Of a stretch of 64,000 bases of DNA, positions 1-12,595 are shown in pieces. Origin of the DNA: Azolla caroliniana (Eukaryota > Plantae > Polypodiophyta). The DNA lies in assembly GCA_043228905.1 (NCBI GenBank), contig JBHGNT010000015.1, forward strand, positions 8,804,001-8,868,000, given 5' to 3'. The position numbers were made by a program, and so were the translations under genes. Under the pieces are notes generated by a model, which searched no databases, was not told the DNA's origin, and was given only the letters and a program-made list of their open reading frames with translations. Position 1 is the first letter of the stretch. The number at the start of each line of letters is the position of its first letter.

Positions 1-2170
1 GCGGGGTTTTGGGCCGGTTGGCTGCTTGAAGCTCCTTGTTCTGAATCCCGTGGGTAGCCGCCTTTTTTGAAATGCCGTTTTTTGTTATAGTTCTTCTTAT
101 TGTGGTACTCTTGACGAGGTTGGTCGTTATATCTGCCGTATTCCTCCCGTTGCTGACGATACTCGGGGGAGTGCTCCCGGTCGTAATGTTCGTATTGTCT
201 ATTGTAATCCCGGTACCGATCATATCTATCATGCCGGTCATAGTTATCCCGCCGATCACCGTACCGGACATCATTCTCCCGTCGATCGCCATACCGGACA
301 TCCTGTGCCGGTCGGTCGCGGTCCATTCGCCGCCAGCATTCCTCTTCTTCATCTTGGTTGCTGCGTGGCTCTATTTGTCGGACGGGCAGTGCTTGCCGGT
401 TCAATAGATTATACTCGCACCTATCCGTCGTATGGCCCTTGGATTGACAGATTACACATTGCGTCCTCATAGTGCATTCTAGTGCCGAGTGTCCAGAATT
501 CAAGCAAGTTGTGCAGTGTATTGCTTGCCGAAACCGGAGGTCTTCATCAGACGGTAACGCCCGTTGGAGTGCTCCCAGTGTGAGCCAGGAGCTTGTCTTT
601 TCCATCTCTCTCACCCGGTCAATGACCTGGTCGATGGTACTTGTGCGGAAGTCAATTACCGTGCAAACCGTGCGTAGGGGTTCCCGGAGCACATTTAGGA
701 ATATAGTCCGTAATTCCTCCTCCGGGGGTGCGCGGGCAAGCTGACTATGCATACGTTGAAACCGGATGACAAACTGGGGAATGCTCTCCCCTGCCTCCTA
801 TCGAATGGTATAAAATAAGCCCACCATTACTGTCTGGTCCACCTCCTTTTGGAAAAAATGCAAGAATTTAGCTTTTAAATCTGCGAAGGTGGTGATGGTA
901 GACGGGTCCTGCGTCCGGCGCCATCTCGCTGCCGCTCCCTCCAATGTGACGCCAAATTCTGCTATCTAAGAGCGTTCCTCTTCTTCCGGGCTCAATCGTT
1001 GGGACACATGGTTTGCTTCCCATGTCTGTTCAAAGGTGTGAACATGAGCTTCCGCGTCCGAATCATCTCTATACTTGGAGTACTGGAACGGCATGTCGTC
1101 GTCCGGTATCGGTGCGCGGGCTGGCGGTGTTGGTGGTCGTTCCTAGTTTTTCTCCGGCGTCGGTGGTCTTTCCTGATTTGTTTCCGGTGTCGGTGGTCTT
1201 TCCTCCTATTTTGGTGATGAAGGCCTCTCCTCCTCGACTTCCGGTGTCGGAGGTTGCTCTTCCTTTGCTGGTTCCGGAGGTTCCAGCCTTAGCACTTCCG
1301 GTTCCGGTGTCGGTACGATGTCCGATCCTACGTCCTCCGGTCCGCTCGGGGTTTCGTTGTTGCTACAGTAGTTCGTGTGCACGCTGTATTCCCCTTCGGA
1401 ATCCGATTCATACGCTGAAAAGGCTTCTGCTTCGCCTTCTCCGCTTGCCAACTCCTAGAGAAGGGATTCGGTTTCCCGGAGGCTGCTTAGGCTGCTGCCG
1501 TCGTCTGGGTGCGATGTTTGTTGTAACCAGAGGGACTCCTCCGCTACTCTCTGGATTACATTGGAAAACGAGCGATCCGCTCTAATTTCCTGCGCCGCTT
1601 GCTGGAAAGCCTCATGTCTCCTTTGCCTTTCGGCAAGGCGTCGAGTTCGATCTGTAACCAGGTCGTGCGTTGATCTAGTCATCCATTTGTGCCGTCATTC
1701 TCTGCAAAAACAGGGATCGTGGTCGCCAAAAACTATGTTAACTCTTAGGGCCGGACAATGGCCTAACATAGGGTGTCTACCGAAGACACTTCACCCAAGG
1801 GGTGTTACGGCAAGAGGATTATGCTTCAACGATTAATCCGCCTTAATTAGGTTACTTAGCAAGATCTTCCTTAATGATCACACGCGTAAGATATAACAAT
1901 GAATGCAGAACGGCAATCAACACACAGAGATAAAAACATTAAGCTTTATTAATTAACCGCTCCTCATTACATTGTATCCGGGCCTTTAAATAGGTTTCCG
2001 GTCTGTAGTACAAAACGGTGCCATCCGCTCCAGTTCGGGATCGGTCCGGATCCGGAAGGGCATACGGATTCCGGTCCGTCCGTCCACACTCATAGCTTAC
2101 TTACAACCATTCCTAATAATTAATTAACTCCTCCGTTTCACACTCTAGACTCCTTTGCCGGCCGGTAACA
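1..2170 (-). mobile_element. Family A Ty3/Gypsy element, divergent copy (5' LTR 1736-2170, PBS 1716-1728, decayed gag from 1682; runs off the left edge)
   Basis: The LTR reads TGTTACCGGCCGGC...TAACA on the minus strand, like the LTRs at 41248 and 56537. PBS TGGCGACCACGAT. ORFs 1455-1682 and 1206-1451 are homologous to the gag N-terminus at 41719 but broken by stops and frameshifts. Confidence 0.9.
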
Positions 2171-3052
2171 CTTGTGCTCGTCGCAATCCCTCCGATCATG
2201 TTCGGTGCTATCACACCATATGCACCGACGGTCCATATACTTCGAACTTGTGGGACGGTCATCCGATTTCTTCACCATCGCGATTTTTAGATTCTCCATC
2301 TCTTTTAGCAACTGCTCCACCGTGGTTGCATCGATTCCCTTCTCGGTCGTAGTCTCCCGAGCCCTCGGTTGATGGTCTTCTAATCCGGATCTCGGTTTCG
2401 GAATCGGTTCTGAAACCCTCTTTTCTTCGCTAGCAAGTCATTGCCCCCTCTTCGTGTATCGCGCGACAATATCCCGCACGCTTTCCCATGTTTCGGTGAG
2501 GCCACTCTCAGTGGTCGTGTCCTCCAGAAGCACTCCAAGGTCTTTCCGGTCACGGACGTCCATGGCTTGTAGGAACATGATCACTTTGTCCGGTGCGAGG
2601 ATAGCTTGATCTCTTGTGGACAACCTCCCGAACTGACTTTCGAATGCCGAAAACACATCGAGGACCTTCATCCCTTTGTTCGATGTTTCCACCCAATCTT
2701 CGAATCCTCTCCTCATTGCCTTGGAGGAATCCTCAATAAAGAACGTGGTCTTTAGTGCCTCTTCAAACGCTTCCCGCGTAGGATTTTGTTGTCGTAGCCC
2801 GTGGATACTTGCTTGAAGCCCGTCGGTAGCCACTCGGTTGAAGGATGTCACTTGCAGTCCTTCTGAAATCCCGCACCGTAGCATTTCCGCCTTGTAGTCC
2901 CAAAGATAGTGTGATACATCCTTTCTGTTGAATTGCCCGATCCATTGCATGAGCCACTCTACTGCCGCCGCTATCTCCGACATCGCACGTTGTTCTTCAA
3001 GCATCCGCTCGAACATCATCATCATGTTGTTAGCCTCTAGTTGATCTTCCAT
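2171..3052 (-). pseudogene. gag: gag of element B1 (capsid-like domain plus CCHC knuckle), interrupted
   Basis: ORFs 2438-3139 and 2138-2320, separated by a stop; CX2CX4HX4C motif. Confidence 0.8.
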
Positions 3053-3585
3053 CTCCTTGCCACCCGTGTTCACGTCGGGTTCACCACTTGTGTCGTGCCT
3101 TTCGGCTCCGGATCGTTGCGTGAGTCGGGTGGGAACCACTGAGGTTTTGGACTAGGAGAAAGAAGAATATGAGATAAGGCTCCTTATGAATGGATTCCAA
3201 GAAAGAGATATATTTGAAGGAAGATATGAAACTCCTGAATCCCACAAGTATAGTGTATTAATTGATACTTAGAATGTAAGAGAGAAATAGATGGCAAAAT
3301 CGTGAATCCCACGAATATATTAGATTGATCAAATCCTTGTAAAATAATCAACAACCCCTATACATCTTTCTCTCTTCCTTATATAGTGTTGGAAGAGTCT
3401 AAGTTTATCATATGCAAGCATTATGCTTTTCCTAACTTTAGTTTTCATGCACTTTGCATGTGCATGATTAGCTTTCTTTCCCATCTTTTCTTTTAACTCG
3501 AGTGTATATGCATAAATAACTTTTTTTACCATGCATATCTAGGTTATTTACATGGAATAAAGTTTAGTATAACTTTAAAATTCAT

Positions 3586-3657
3586 AATATGCTAGTATAG
3601 TGGTAAGGTTGGGGTTTGTCTACCTGGAGGTACAGGGTTCGAATCCTACCTTATGCA
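3586..3657 (+). ncRNA. tRNA-like Pol III A-box/B-box module in the B1 LTR (antisense to the element)
   Basis: A box TAGTATAGTGG at 3593; B box GGTTCGAATCC at 3636; tRNA-like spacing; GGAGGT variable loop; downstream T runs; acceptor stem does not pair. Confidence 0.7.
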
Positions 3658-3759
3658 CGTAATAAATATCTTTAATATTTTATTTTATTTATTATACGTA
3701 CATTTAATCGGATATAGTATTTTACATATTTCACGTAGTGTGTGATTCACACTACGACA

Positions 3760-4700
3760 CCGGTATCTAAGAGGGCTTGGATGTGAAGTTGGCAACTCAG
3801 TGTCCTAACTTGTACTTGGATTGAGAAGACTCTACTAACATGCTTGGATGAAATGGAACCTACACTAGGTTGTACAGATCTAGGGTTGTCCAACCAAATG
3901 GCTCCTATTTTGGCCGGACTTATTCGTTTGACTCCTCTTCTAATTGTCTTAGAACTTCAAACTTATTGGACAATGGTGGATAATTCATAATATTAGAATC
4001 ACTAAGTGCTTCGAAAATGTTGGACTCATTTTTATTGTCATAGTGAATTTGATTTACCTGACGTCTTGGCCTACGGGAGCAATGAATGGCTATATGTCCT
4101 AGACCTCCACAATATAAGCATAGACAGTTTGCTCAGTGTAGTTGCTTTTCCTCATCCGATAATGGTCCTTCTCATTGGGTCATATCGATCTCCATCGGTG
4201 CTGGGTTATTTATCCATTGGAGTTGGACTATGTGTTTGCCTTGGGGTTGGAGTCGGGCTATATGGTTTCCATGGAGACGATTGCATCATTACTAATGCAT
4301 AAGTTGGTGTGTGTCTTGATATTGTTATTTGTTGTTGTTGTTCACATTGATGCTCAAAAAGACGATTATCACACCGTATTGCTTGACTAATAGCTTCTGT
4401 AAGTGATTTTGAATCCTCGGGGAAGGTAAGAAGTAAGTCCTTACCATCACTACGAAGACCGTAACGAAATTGGTCCATTAGGGCTTGTTCATCCGAAGGA
4501 ATATCGCTTGCGATGAGACAGAAATTAGCTGCGTATGTTGAGGTTGATTGATCACCTTGATGTAGTGCATGAATCCTGTTGATTGTTATTATTGCCCCAT
4601 CTGTATCTCCGAAGCAAGCCTTAAATTCTTTGACAAACTCCTCGAAATTATGTAGTAGAGGGGAATTTGTCTCTAGTAATGGAGCAAACCATGACAGCAC
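3760..4700 (-). pseudogene. Family C chromovirus gag-protease fragment (continues at 12596)
   Basis: ORF 4206-4727 (LSWFAPLLE...QFRYGLRSDGKD) is paralogous to 13733-14660. Host sequence resumes after element B2. Confidence 0.8.
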
Positions 4701-4904
4701 TGTCGCGAACATACGACGAGGATTCATGAACTTGAGGCAGGACCCCGGGGCCTCTGACCAGAGGATATCAGATTCGTGCGTTTATACTTTTAAGAATTAA
4801 GAGAAAGGAGAAAATTTAATAATTTTCATTAACAAAGGAAAAGAAATTACAATATGTCCCAAGATTGGGATTCATAAGTTTTAGGTTTACTAAGATTAAT
4901 AGAA

Positions 4905-5090
4905 AGAAAAATTAGGGGTTTTTGAGAGATATGGCTTCTGTAGGGAAAATTAGGGTTTTTTGAGTGTTATGGCTTCCGTAGGGAAAATTAGGGTTTTTTT
5001 AGTGTTATGGCTTCCGTAGGGAAAATTAGGGTTTTTGAGTGTAATGGCATTCGTAGGGAAAATTAGGGTTTATGAAAGATATGGCTTCAA
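4905..5090. repeat. ~38-bp tandem array containing telo-box-like AATTAGGGTTT in the B2 LTR (second copy 8390-8615)
   Basis: Unit TGGCTTCCGTAGGGAAAATTAGGGTTTTTTGAGTGTTA repeated about 5-6 times. Confidence 0.85.
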
Positions 5091-5379
5091 TAAGATAAGA
5101 GAGTTGAGAAGGAAGAAAAATAATATGGAGAGAGCCTCCCTGAGTGTAGGAAAAAACAATGGAATATATATTTGGAGTTCTCCATTGATCATAGCCTTCA
5201 ATGTTACTTTGCATGTCCACTTTTAGTTGCATGGCCTCTACTTTTAGTTGCATGCGACCATCCACATGACCTTTACTTTAGTTTTCTTTACTTTACTTTA
5301 GTTAGCCACATGATCCTATCATTTGTCCATCTCGATCGCCGCCCATCCAATCCGTTTGGTCCGCGTCCAGCCTCGTGCG

Positions 5380-5690
5380 GTTGCCGGTTCTGATTTGCTT
5401 ACCAGCCGGTTCCGGATTGCTTACCGACCGGCTCCTATTTGCTTTCCGGCCGGTTCCGATTTGCTTACTGGTCGGTTCCGGATTGCTTACCGACCAGTTC
5501 CGATTTGCTTACCAGCCAGTTCTTGTTTGTTTTCCGGTCGGTTCTAGATTACTTACCGACCGGTTCCGATTTGCTTTCTAGCCGGTTCCGGTTTGCTTTT
5601 AGGCCGGTTCTAGATTGCTTACCGACCGGTCTTGGTTTGCTTACCGGCCGGTTCCGGTTTGCTTACCAGCCGGTTCCGGTTCCATTTTAT
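5380..5690. repeat. ~22-bp CCGG-rich minisatellite in the B2 LTR (also 8945-9256 and 12244-12340)
   Basis: Unit CCGGTTCCGATTTGCTTACCGA, more than 12 copies. Confidence 0.85.
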
Positions 5691-5996
5691 TGCCAGTTGA
5701 TTTTTGGGAACTTGGCCACATTCATCCATCTAGAAAATGCTCTTAGCACAAATGAAAAATGAGGTATCTCAATGTGCTTATATAGTCTGGGTCTGAAGTT
5801 TCCTATCTATGTGGGATAAATCATAGTTCTATTTTCTCTATAACAAGCCACTAATCTAATCTAAAATAATTATTTCATTATTATTATTTTACATAGTTTT
5901 CATATCGTGTGTGAAAACCACACGACATTCACCCCCACCTAACCTGCACATCCACCGGTATGTGCCAATTGTAGTGAGGTTCCTCTTTTGATTATT

Positions 5997-7873
5997 CTAC
6001 TTCATCGATGTTTCTTCTTTATACTCGAAACATCGTTGCCATCCGATCCACCATAATCTTCGCTCACTCTTTGCATTTCCGTGGCTGGTTGCTATGGCTC
6101 CCTTTTCTCCGGTAGAGCATAATGCTTCATTCTTTGTGCATGTGCCACCTTCATCTTGACCATCTCCTTGGTCATCTAATTTTCTTTTATCATTCTTTCT
6201 TGTTCCATGCATGCCTTTTGAAGGCCTTATTGAAATACTATTCTTGAGTACTTTTAGTGATTCGTTCTTTAGCGGCATGTTTTCATCTAGGTCCTTAACT
6301 GACCACATTGCATGCTTCCCACTTTGTCCACTTTCGTGGTATACTCTCGTGTTGGAGTTGACCATGACTTCTACGCTAGTATTATCCTTTTTAGATTTTG
6401 TGATCACATTGTTTGGATCCATTTGGCCCACTTGGCCCTTGTCTTCCCTTATTGTGCTACTCCTTGGCTCTTTGTTGCAAGCATTAGCTTTCGTTCTTGT
6501 GCTTTGCTTTACTTCCTTGTTGCACGCACTAGCTTCAATCCTTGCTTCCTCGCCGCCACCGTCCTTCTCTTGGGTCTTACATCGGTTAATGCCCAAGTCT
6601 TTTGAACGAGCATGGAGGGATCCATATGTTTTCATAGTTTGTCTTTGTCGCTTCCACCTTATGGTTGTTTGCATTGGCTTTGACCTTTGTTTCTTTGTCG
6701 CCACCTTCCATCTCTTGGGTCTTACATCGGTTAATGCCCAAGTCTCAAGAACTTTTGTGGGGAAAGTCTCTTCATGATCATCGTCTACCCTCTTCATCTT
6801 GACATCTCCCTCTTCTTCGCATGTGTTAGCTTCGGCCTTCACTTCCTCGCCGCCACCTTCCGTCTCTTGGGTCTCACGTTTGCTTTCCGACGCATCTGCC
6901 CAAGTCTCTGGAACAAGTGTGGAGAAAGTCTCGACATGGCCATCCGCCATTGACTCGTTCATAGCCATATCTGACTCGATGTCATTTTTCGTGGCTATCT
7001 CCTGAATCATGTCGGCCTCACACTTTTTAACTCCCTTGATCATGCAAGCTTTGCTCATGCTTGCACCTTCATCACTTGATGTTTTAGACACGATGCGTGT
7101 TTCAAAACATTTGTCTTCGCTTGAAGTGGCATTCTCCACCCTCGATTCATTTGTTTCATTCTTCATCATTGTTTCTTTGCAAGACGAGAAGGTGTTATGT
7201 TTTGTATCTTCTCCCATGGTACCATCGTGGTACCGAACCTAGGCCTTTGTATCAACTGTAACATTAATCAACATTTGTTCGGAGGCCTCTGCTTCCTCAA
7301 TCACCATTTGCTTCAATTTTGGCTCCTTTTGAAGCTTCTCTTCAAAATCATCTTGCACCTTTAAGTTCTCTAATGCTTCTCTGATTAAGGCTTCTATATT
7401 GAGTATCGAATCTTCCCTCTTCAAGCTTTCTTCTGTAGGTGGTAGTTTGTAGTTGCATCTCGTCCTCCTTTCATCATCCCTCGTATGTTGTGTTGTCGTC
7501 GATGAGAATCTTATCTTCCTCTCATCGTGAAGTCGACATACTCTTTCCACTTTCATCCAATCTTCTGTGAGGCCATTTGCTCACCATCGTCATCCTCAAG
7601 TCGGATTCCAATGACATTCGTTTCCTTCCGGTCTATCAATTTCATGAACATTAGGACTTTATCCACCCCCACCAATCTTTGATCCCACCTCGAGAGTTGC
7701 GCAAAGTGACACTCAAACTCAACGAAAACATGCATGGCACTCTGGTGGGTCTTCATAAATGACACCCATTGGTTGAACTTGGATAAACTTTGTCCCTCCA
7801 CCTTTCTGTAACCACATTTGTTGATTAAAGTCTCTCGATCTCTCGCCTTGAGCATGATTTCCACGACGGACAC
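5997..7873 (-). pseudogene. Fragmented gag-like plus low-complexity ORF of B2
   Basis: ORFs 7553-7873, 7239-7556 and 5997-7217 align with the intact ORF at 34100-36154 (LVGVDKVLMF, IRLEDDDG, ERRLWWIGW). Confidence 0.75.
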
Positions 7874-9766
7874 GATACGATGTCTTTCATCAATTCTTCT
7901 CCTTCAGTTCTGCTTGTCGAATCCATCGTCGCACTTGATATCCTCCTACTACCTCGTTTCACGTCGGGTTCACCAAAGATGTCGCGAAAATACGACAAGG
8001 ATACGTGAACATGAGGCAGGACCATGGGGCCTCTGACAAGAGGATATCAGATTCGTGCATTTATACTTCAAAGAATTAAGAGAAAGGAGAAAATTTAATA
8101 ATTTTCATTAACAAAGGAAAAGAAATTACAATATGTCCCAAGATTGGGATTCATAAGTTTTAGGTTTATTGAGATTAATAGAAAGAAAAATTAGGGGGTT
8201 TTGAGAGATATGGGTTCCGTAGGGACCCTGGTTGCCTCTGACCAGAGGATATAAGATTCGTGTGTTTATACTTTTAAGAATTAAGAGAAAGGAGAAAATT
8301 TAATAATTTTCATTAACAAAGGAAAAGAAATTACAATATGTCTCAAGATTGGGATTCATAAGTTTAGGTTTACTAAGATTAATAGAAAAGAAAAATTAGG
8401 GGTTTTTGAGAGATATGGCTTCCGTAGGGAAAATTAGGGTTTTTTTTTAGTGTTATGGCTTCCATAGGGAAAATTAGGGTTTTTTGAGTGTTATGGCTTC
8501 CGTAGGGAAAATTAGGGTTTTCTTAGTGTTATGGCTTCCATAGGGAAAATTAGGGTTTTTGAGTGTAATGACTTCCGTAGGGAAAATTAGGGTTTATGAG
8601 AGATATGGCTTCGATAAGATAAGAGAGTTGAGAAGGAAAAGAAAAATAATATGGAGAGAGCCTCCCTGAGTGTAGGAAAAAACAATGGAATATATATCTG
8701 GAGTTCTCCGTTGATCATAGCCTTCAATGTTACTTTGCATGTCCACTTTTAGTTGCATGGCCTCTACTTTTAGTTGCATCTATTTTTAGTTGCATGCCTT
8801 TTTCTTTTAGTTGCATGTGACCGTCCACATGACCTTTACTTTAGTTTTCTTTACTTTACTTTAATTAGCCACATGATCCTATCATCTGTCCATCTCGATC
8901 ACCGCCCATCCAATCCGTCCGGTCCGCGTCCAACCTCGTATGGTCGTTGGTTCCTGTTTGCTTCCCGACCGGTTCCGATTTGCTTACCGGTCGGATCCAG
9001 ATTGCTTACCGACCTGTTCCGGTTTGCTTACCGACCGGTTCCGGATTGCTTTCTGGCCAGTTCTGGTTCCATTACCGTCTAGTTCCATTTTATTGCCAAT
9101 CGGTTTTTGGGAACTTGGCCACATTCATCCATCTAGAAAAAGTGGCCAAAATTCTCTTAGCACAAATGAAAAATGAGGGATCCCGACCGGTTCCGGTTTG
9201 CTTACCGGCCGGTTCCGGATTGCTTACCGACCGATTCCCGTTTCCTTACCGGCCGGTGTCGTGCCTTTCGGCTCCGGATCGTTGCGTGAGTCGGGTGGGA
9301 ACCGCCGAGGTTTTGGACTAGGAGGAGGAAGAATTTGAGGCTAATCTAGTTATGAATATGAATAGATTATAAGAAAGAGATATAGAAACTTGTGAATCCC
9401 ACAAGTATATTTTATTGATTGTTGGTGTTTTAGGAAATATATCCAATTTCCCAAATATTTTTCACACGCCTATTACATTGTGCTCCCCATCCTTATGTAG
9501 TGATGGGAGAGACTAAGCATAGCTACATGCTTTTTTTTCTAATATGTTCATGCACACTAAATGTGCATGTGATGCTTTTCTAATCCTTGCTTTTATTTGC
9601 TAAATATAGTGCTCATGCACGCTAGATGTGCATGAGTCACTTTTTAGTTGCTTGCGTTTTTCTATAAAATATTCACGCACTCTAAAAATGCATGATTTAC
9701 CTTTTTAATAAAGGTAGGCGCAAATAAAGCACTTATAGTTATTAAATCTATTTATAGAACACTAAA

Positions 9767-9838
9767 GATAAGGTAGCATAATGGTAAAGTTGAGGTTTGG
9801 CTACGTGGAGGTACAAGGTTCGAATCTTGCCCTATGCA
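9767..9838 (+). ncRNA. tRNA-like A/B-box module in the B3 3' LTR
   Basis: TAGCATAATGG at 9774; GGTTCGAATC at 9817; CAAG/CTTG stem around the T loop. Confidence 0.7.
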
Positions 9839-9892
9839 CGTGATAAATATCTTGATATTCTTATTTTATTTATTTATATGTAATTAAATCGG

Positions 9893-11521
9893 TTATATTA
9901 TTTTTACTTTTTCACGTAGTGTACGAAATACACTACGACACTCGCCCCCTCCGAACCCGCACATCCTCCGGTATGTGCCGAAGTTGCCGATGCTCGTTGT
10001 CTCCCCTTCATCCTCCGTTTGTCCCGCTATGTCAACTTTGTCTCTCCATTTTGAGTAGACCCATTCTTTCCACCCGAACCATTGTCGCCATCCGATCCAC
10101 CATATTCTTTGTTCATTCTTTGCATTGCCATGAGTGGTTGTCATGGTCCCTTGTGGTACTCTTGAGCATCTCGGTGTGTTGTCTCTCTCCACTCCGCGCT
10201 TGTCTTCCGTAGGTTCTACCCACGCGTCGATGTCGACCTCCGAATACGCGCTCGCTGTTAGGTCCTTGTGCGGCTTTAATGCATGCTTTATTTCTCGATG
10301 TTGCGCATGCGTCGTATTAGGCCGTAGCGCATGCTTCGTATTCCATCGTAGTGCATGCGCCGTATTACCCCGTAGTGCATGCTTATTTTTGCACCGTAGC
10401 GCGTGCTTCTTTTTGCGCCGTAGCGTGTGCTTCTCTTTACGCCGTAGCACGTGCTTCTTTTCGTGCCGTAGTGCGTGCTCCGTATTACATGCTTCTCCCA
10501 TCGTAGACCCGACCTTCGCGTTGTCATGCTTTTGGTTACATCGGAATTTCAGACGGATCATCTTCCATCCGAACCGGCTTCCGACTTTACCTTCCTTGTT
10601 GCCACCTCCCGTCTCTCCGGTCTCACGTTGGTTCTCGGACACAACCGCCGAAGTCTCTAGAATCAGTGGGTAGGAATCCTCGGTATTATCATCTTCCGTT
10701 GTTTCACCCATAGCCATGTTCTCCTTGGCTATCTCTCCTTCGTATGCATCGGCTTCGACCTTCGTTTCGTTGCCGCCACTTTCCTTATCTTCGGTGTTAT
10801 GTCGACACCCGGGCTCCAGTACCGAAGTCTCCGAAACAATGGTGAAGGAATCCCTTCGTTCGTGCTCATTTACTTTGTCTTCCTCGTTGCCCTTCCGGTC
10901 CTCCACTTTTCCACCGACACATTCCGTCTCTCCGGTCTCACGTTGGTGCACGGGCACAGCCGCCGAAGTCTCTGGAACCGGTGTGGGGATACCCTTTCGT
11001 CCTCGATCTTCCTCCTCCTCGTCCTTTGTTGGCCTCGACTTTGGTTCGGTTTTAAGCTCCCCTTCAATGTCGACTTGCGACTTTTCATGCATCTCCGAAC
11101 CCTTCCGCATCAAGCTCTCCTTCGGTGGTAGTCGGTGGCCGCTTTTCACCCACTGTTGACCGCCGTTCGTGGACCATGTCCTCGTCCGCTTCGGTCTTAG
11201 ATAGTCATATGTGTCTCGTATAGCTTCTTCAAAGGACTCCCACATCGGGCTTTGTTGTCGTATCTCGTGGATTCTCTCTTGAAGCTCATCCGTAGCCACC
11301 CGGTTGAAAGATAACACTTGCAATCTTTCTGAGATACCATATCGCAACATCTCCATTTTGTAGTCACGTAGATAGCGTGACACGTCCTTTCCATCGAATT
11401 GCCCGTTCTGTTGCACGAGCCGTTGTACTACTGTCGTGATCTCCGACATCTCGCGTTGTTCTTGTAGCATTCTCTCGAACATCATCATCATCATGTTCAT
11501 CGCCTCTTGTTGATTCTCCAT
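9893..11521 (-). CDS. Gag-like protein of B3 (truncated capsid-like N-terminus, acidic repeats, basic KHALRR repeats); no pol
   Basis: Open frame 9893-11542, first ATG at 11521; N-terminus homologous to B1 gag. Confidence 0.7.
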   Translation of the reverse strand: MENQQEAMNMMMMMFERMLQEQREMSEITTVVQRLVQQNGQFDGKDVSRYLRDYKMEMLRYGISERLQVLSFNRVATDELQERIHEIRQQSPMWESFEEAIRDTYDYLRPKRTRTWSTNGGQQWVKSGHRLPPKESLMRKGSEMHEKSQVDIEGELKTEPKSRPTKDEEEEDRGRKGIPTPVPETSAAVPVHQRETGETECVGGKVEDRKGNEEDKVNEHERRDSFTIVSETSVLEPGCRHNTEDKESGGNETKVEADAYEGEIAKENMAMGETTEDDNTEDSYPLILETSAVVSENQRETGETGGGNKEGKVGSRFGWKMIRLKFRCNQKHDNAKVGSTMGEACNTEHALRHEKKHVLRRKEKHTLRRKKKHALRCKNKHALRGNTAHALRWNTKHALRPNTTHAQHREIKHALKPHKDLTASAYSEVDIDAWVEPTEDKRGVERDNTPRCSRVPQGTMTTTHGNAKNEQRIWWIGWRQWFGWKEWVYSKWRDKVDIAGQTEDEGETTSIGNFGTYRRMCGFGGGECRSVFRTLREKVKII

Positions 11522-12069
11522 CTCCTTGCCACCCGCCTTCACGTCGGGTTCACCAACTGTGTCGTGCCTTTCGGCTCCGGATCGTTGCGTGAGTCGGGTG
11601 GGAACCGCCGAGGTTTTGGACTAGGAGGAGGAAGAATTTGAGGCTAATCTAGTTATGAATATGAATAGATTATAAGAAAGAGATATAGAAACTTGTGAAT
11701 CCCACAAGTATATTTTATTGATTGTTGGTGTTTTAGGAAATATATCCAATTTCCCAAATATTTTTCACACGCCTATTACATTGTGCTCCCCATCCTTATG
11801 TAGTGATGGGAGAGACTAAGCATAGCTACATGCTTTTTTTTCTAATATGTTCATGCACACTAAATGTGCATGTGATGCTTTTCTAATCCTTGCTTTTATT
11901 TGCTAAATATAGTGCTCATGCACGCTAGATGTGCATGAGTCACTTTTTAGTTGCTTGCGTTTTTCTATAAAATATTCATGCACTCTAAAAATGCATGATT
12001 TACCTTTTTAATAAAGGTAGGCGCAAATAAAGCACTTATAGTTATTAAATCTATTTATAGAACACTAAA

Positions 12070-12141
12070 GATAAGGTAGCATAATGGTAAAGTTGAGGTT
12101 TGGCTACGTGGAGGTACAAGGTTCAAATCTTGCCCTATGCA
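12070..12141 (+). ncRNA. tRNA-like A/B-box module in the B3 5' LTR
   Basis: Same as 9767-9838, with GGTTCAAATC. Confidence 0.7.
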
Positions 12142-12595
12142 CGTGATAAATATCTTGATATTCTTATTTTATTTATTTATATGTAATTAAATCGGTTATA
12201 TTATTTTTACTTTTTCACGTAGTGTACGAAATACACTACGACACCGGTTCCAGTTTGCTTACCGACTTGTTCCTGTTTGTTTACCGGCCAGTTCCCATTT
12301 GCTTTCCGACCGGTTCCGGTTCCATTGCTAGCTGGTTCCACTTTATTGCCAATCGGTTTTTGGGAACTTGGCCACATTCATCCATCTAGACAAAGTGGCC
12401 AAAATGCTCTTAGCACAAATAAAAAATGAGGAATCTCAATGTGCTTATATAGCCAGGGCCTTAAGTTTCCTATCTATGTGGGATAAATCATAGTTCTATT
12501 TTCTCTATAACAAGCCACTAATTTAATCTAAAATAATTATTTCAATATTATTTTTTTACATAGTTTTCATATCGTGTGTGAAAAACCACACAACA

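Larger units (their letters stand above)
2171..3759 (-). mobile_element. Family B (tRNA-Trp-primed) Gypsy element B1: 5' LTR 3091-3759, PBS 3069-3086, gag; interrupted by family A at 2170
   Basis: LTR TGTCG...CGACA. 18-nt PBS TGGTGAACCCGACGTGAA. Gag motif GQFNRKDVSHYLWDY and zinc knuckle CIWCDSTEHDRRDC. Right flank CCGG. Confidence 0.88.
9257..12243 (-). mobile_element. Family B non-autonomous element B3 (young): LTRs 9257-9940 and 11560-12243 (684 bp each), PBS 11538-11555, TSD CCGG
   Basis: I found only 2 differences between the LTRs; CCGG at 9253-9256 and 12244-12247; tRNA-Trp PBS; PPT GGAGGGGGCGAG. Confidence 0.95.
4701..12595 (-). mobile_element. Family B non-autonomous element B2: 3' LTR 4701-5927, 5' LTR 7980-12595 (interrupted by B3), PBS 7958-7975
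   Basis: Paired LTRs TGTCGCGAA...CACACRACA; tRNA-Trp PBS; G-rich PPT at 5928-5939; decayed gag-like ORFs 5997-7873; no pol; flanks GCAC/ACGC (decayed GCGC). Confidence 0.85.

Noticed and set aside
3586-3657. Functional tRNA genes at the tRNA-like modules
   Set aside because: Acceptor stems do not pair and anticodon arms are mostly degenerate; reported only as tRNA-like modules.
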